In this document: positions 25,656 through 27,785 of the stretch, piece after piece
How positions within the stretch are numbered: the first letter of the stretch is position 1
Layout of the letters: every line of letters starts with the position of its first letter
Virus record (IMG/VR): IMGVR_UViG_3300034072_000915
Span: 1-27,785 of that record
Strand: one strand, 5' to 3'
DNA length: 27,785 nt
From: a virus
Lineage: Duplodnaviria; Caudoviricetes
The notes under the pieces: model-generated
Seen by the model: only the letters and a program-made list of their open reading frames with translations
The model's database searches: none
Told to the model about the DNA's origin: nothing
Made by a program: the position numbers and the translations under genes

Positions 25656-26674
25656 CTGCCCCTGATCAGCAAACCGCTGAAGAGGACAAAAAGCCCGGCA
25701 CTGTGGTTTTTTCCATGCCTGAAACCGTGATGCCGAAAATGTGGCTGACTGACTACGATTCGCTGTATTACAACGAGCATGACGGCTACTGGGAACCGCC
25801 CATCGACCGGCATTTGCTGGCGAACTTGCCACGGCGCAACGCCCAGCATGGCGGCATTTTGCAAAGCCGCGCCAACATGGCGGCAGCGCGGTATAAATCC
25901 GGCGGCATGAGTGCGCAGGAAATTGGTTCGGCTTTTTTAAACCTGATCCAGTTTGGTGACGTGCCGCTGCTAAAGATCCGCAACGGTTTTGGCAAAGTGC
26001 TTTCGCTTTATCCGCTGCCCAGTTACCGCACCCGCGTTACTGAAGATGGCGGCTGTGCAGTGCTGGAACGTGACCGGCAGATTAAGCGTTACAAACCCAA
26101 AGATATTATCTGGTGCCGGATTTATGACACCGTGCAGCAAATCTACGGCTGCCCTGATTACCTCGGCGGTTTGCAGTCGGCCATGCTGAGCGAAGATGCC
26201 ACGATGTTTCGGCGTAAGTACTACATCAACGGCGCCCACATGGGCTTTATCCTGTACGCCACCGACCCCAACCTGGACCCGGCAGTGGAAAAAGAGCTGA
26301 AGCAAAAAATTCAGGAATCAAAGGGCGTCGGCAACTTCAATTCGCTGTTTGTAAACATCCCGAACGGCAAAGAAAAAGGTATCCAGATTATTCCGGTCGG
26401 CAATTTTGAAAGTAAGGATGAATTCAGCCAGGTGAAGTCTGTCAGCGCGCAAGATGTGTTTAACGCGCACCGGTTCCCCGCCGGCTTGGGCGGCATGATC
26501 CCGACCAACACCGCTGGACTTGGCGACCCGACCAAATACAACGAGGTTTATTTCGAAAGCGAAACCAAACCGCTGATTAATATTCTGGTGGATGCGGTAT
26601 CGCGTGACCCGGAAGTGCCGGCCAATTTGCGGCTGGTGTTTGATATGCAGGCAAAGGCAGCGCCGGCGGTTTGA
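25637..26674 (+). CDS. Portal protein (gpQ-like, PBSX family)
   Basis: [27 protein letters not shown] and [12 protein letters not shown]. Confidence 0.96.
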   Translation: MVDTQLTAPDQQTAEEDKKPGTVVFSMPETVMPKMWLTDYDSLYYNEHDGYWEPPIDRHLLANLPRRNAQHGGILQSRANMAAARYKSGGMSAQEIGSAFLNLIQFGDVPLLKIRNGFGKVLSLYPLPSYRTRVTEDGGCAVLERDRQIKRYKPKDIIWCRIYDTVQQIYGCPDYLGGLQSAMLSEDATMFRRKYYINGAHMGFILYATDPNLDPAVEKELKQKIQESKGVGNFNSLFVNIPNGKEKGIQIIPVGNFESKDEFSQVKSVSAQDVFNAHRFPAGLGGMIPTNTAGLGDPTKYNEVYFESETKPLINILVDAVSRDPEVPANLRLVFDMQAKAAPAV

Positions 26675-26688
26675 TTTTCTTCACCGAT

Positions 26689-26715
26689 AAAAAAAGCCGC
26701 GTAATGCGGCTTTTT
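26689..26715. terminator. Bidirectional rho-independent terminator
   Basis: AAAAAAAGCCGC-GTAAT-GCGGCTTTTT between convergent genes. Confidence 0.88.
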
Positions 26716-26731
26716 CATTTAGTGCTGTAAT

Positions 26732-26926
26732 TCATAACTCTATCGGCTTTCGCTCATACTTCGACGATGTTGGTGGATACACCGTTCCGTCAGCACTGAT
26801 GCAGGCACCTGCTGAAACCCAGCGGCTGATCTGCCCTTGCTGAACTTTCAGCAATTCTGCGGCTTTCACTTGCCCGCCAACGGATTTAACCCAGTCCGCG
26901 AATGAGTATAGCGAATACATTTTCAT
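26732..26926 (-). CDS. Small Cro-like HTH protein
   Basis: GGQVKAAELLKVQQGQISRWV is an HTH pattern. The start at ATG 26926 is uncertain. Confidence 0.6.
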   Translation of the reverse strand: MKMYSLYSFADWVKSVGGQVKAAELLKVQQGQISRWVSAGACISADGTVYPPTSSKYERKPIEL

Positions 26927-26954
26927 GATAAATAAACCAAATAACACATATTCG

Positions 26955-27185
26955 TTATATTCCTTGGTGCCGTAAATTTTTATTTAGCGCGTTATAGCAG
27001 TCTTTAGACAGATATATCACTGCCACCTGGCCCAGTGTTTCAACGAACCCAAAAACCTCGCCTGATGCTGAATGCCAGAACTCTCGCTTTGCCCCTTCCT
27101 TTTTTGTGATGCTGCGCGCCACATCTTTCTGGCATGGCAATGATGGGTGCACTGCTACACGCACACCCCTTAGTGCACAAGTCAA
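26955..27185 (-). CDS. Hypothetical protein (about 76 aa)
   Basis: TTG 27185 is preceded by AGGGG 5 nt upstream, just after the ogr stop. It fills the gap to the HTH gene. Confidence 0.4.
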   Translation of the reverse strand: MTCALRGVRVAVHPSLPCQKDVARSITKKEGAKREFWHSASGEVFGFVETLGQVAVIYLSKDCYNALNKNLRHQGI

Positions 27186-27202
27186 AGAATCCCCTGTATT
27201 TT

Positions 27203-27451
27203 TCAAAACGCCAACTCCTGCTGCAGTGCTTTGCGCTGTTCTGGTGAAAGCGCCCTGGCCAGTGCCGCTACCACTTCGGTTGCGGTCTTGGCTGATGGGC
27301 TTAATGTGTGTGAAAACGATACATTGGTGACGAAAGTATGGCCGCACTCCGGATCCGTGCAACTGCAATACAGGTTTGAAACTGCCACGCTGAGCCGGTC
27401 AGTTTTGCCGATCACCGCTTTTTTCCCGCACACTGTGCACAATATCCGCAT
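27203..27451 (-). CDS. ogr: Ogr/Delta-family zinc-finger late transcription activator
   Basis: CTVCG...LYCSCTDPECGHTFV...HTLSPSA, with AGGAG upstream. Confidence 0.93.
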   Translation of the reverse strand: MRILCTVCGKKAVIGKTDRLSVAVSNLYCSCTDPECGHTFVTNVSFSHTLSPSAKTATEVVAALARALSPEQRKALQQELAF

Positions 27452-27464
27452 GATTTACTCCTGG

Positions 27465-27785
27465 TTATCCAGCCGGCGTCGGTATTGCCGGTTTGTTTTT
27501 CCGTCTTCGCACCACAAAATTTACCCGCCCGCTTGGGTGCGGCGGTTCTGGCAGCTGTTCCAGCACCCCGTATCGCATTTTCCAGCGCTGGCCGTTAACG
27601 TTGACCGTACAGCCCCGCTGCAAGAGGGTCATTTCCTCCGGCCCAATCCCGTGAATATGGGATTTTGGCGGTAAGTTTGGCGTTTGGCCCTGATTTCCGG
27701 CCCCGTTGGAGCCCGTACAGTTAACGCCACAAGTCCAAGATTGTCTGGCTGCGCCAGACTTAACAGCGTTCCGACGCATTTCCCA
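27465..27785 (-). CDS. C-terminal end of the replication endonuclease (P2 gpA-like); 5' part outside the window
   Basis: The frame is open to the window edge. SWTCGVNCT and LLQRGCTVNVNG resemble gpA C-terminal motifs; it lies immediately upstream of ogr. Confidence 0.7.
   Translation of the reverse strand, partial: WEMRRNAVKSGAARQSWTCGVNCTGSNGAGNQGQTPNLPPKSHIHGIGPEEMTLLQRGCTVNVNGQRWKMRYGVLEQLPEPPHPSGRVNFVVRRRKNKPAIPTPAG

Larger units (their letters stand above)
1..27785. mobile_element. P2-family (HP1/K139-like) prophage, late region; continues beyond the right edge
   Basis: Portal and terminase are divergent from scaffold, capsid, small terminase, completion, sheath, tube, lysis, chaperone, tape measure, baseplate and fibre genes. 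ogr and the gpA C-terminus lie at the right. The left boundary at dif is inferred. Confidence 0.95.

Overview
Almost the whole window is the late (structural) half of a P2-family, HP1/K139-type temperate myovirus prophage in a gammaproteobacterium. From right to left it carries the C-terminus of the gpA-type replication protein, ogr, a small Cro-like HTH gene, portal and large terminase (+ strand), and then a long minus-strand operon. That operon runs scaffold, major capsid, small terminase, head and tail completion, sheath, tube, a pesticin-type endolysin/holin cassette, tail chaperone, tape measure, baseplate, a split tail fibre with a beta-propeller protein, a papain-like peptidase, the hub/spike, and an extra three-gene repeat-fibre module. 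Left of the tail genes are a BRCT-domain cargo gene, a cos-like non-coding region and a small HTH-type gene. Bases 1-17 match the spacer and XerD arm of the chromosomal dif site exactly. The strongest observations are: (1) a tailed P2-like prophage apparently abutting dif, so possibly integrating through host XerCD; (2) a small-terminase gene whose conserved N-terminal part has no ATG/GTG/TTG start and seems reachable only by a -1 frameshift at A-AAA-AAG from an upstream coiled-coil ORF; (3) an additional appendage module with 24-aa repeats and an internal start site. Family assignments come from motif recognition and gene order, not from database searches.
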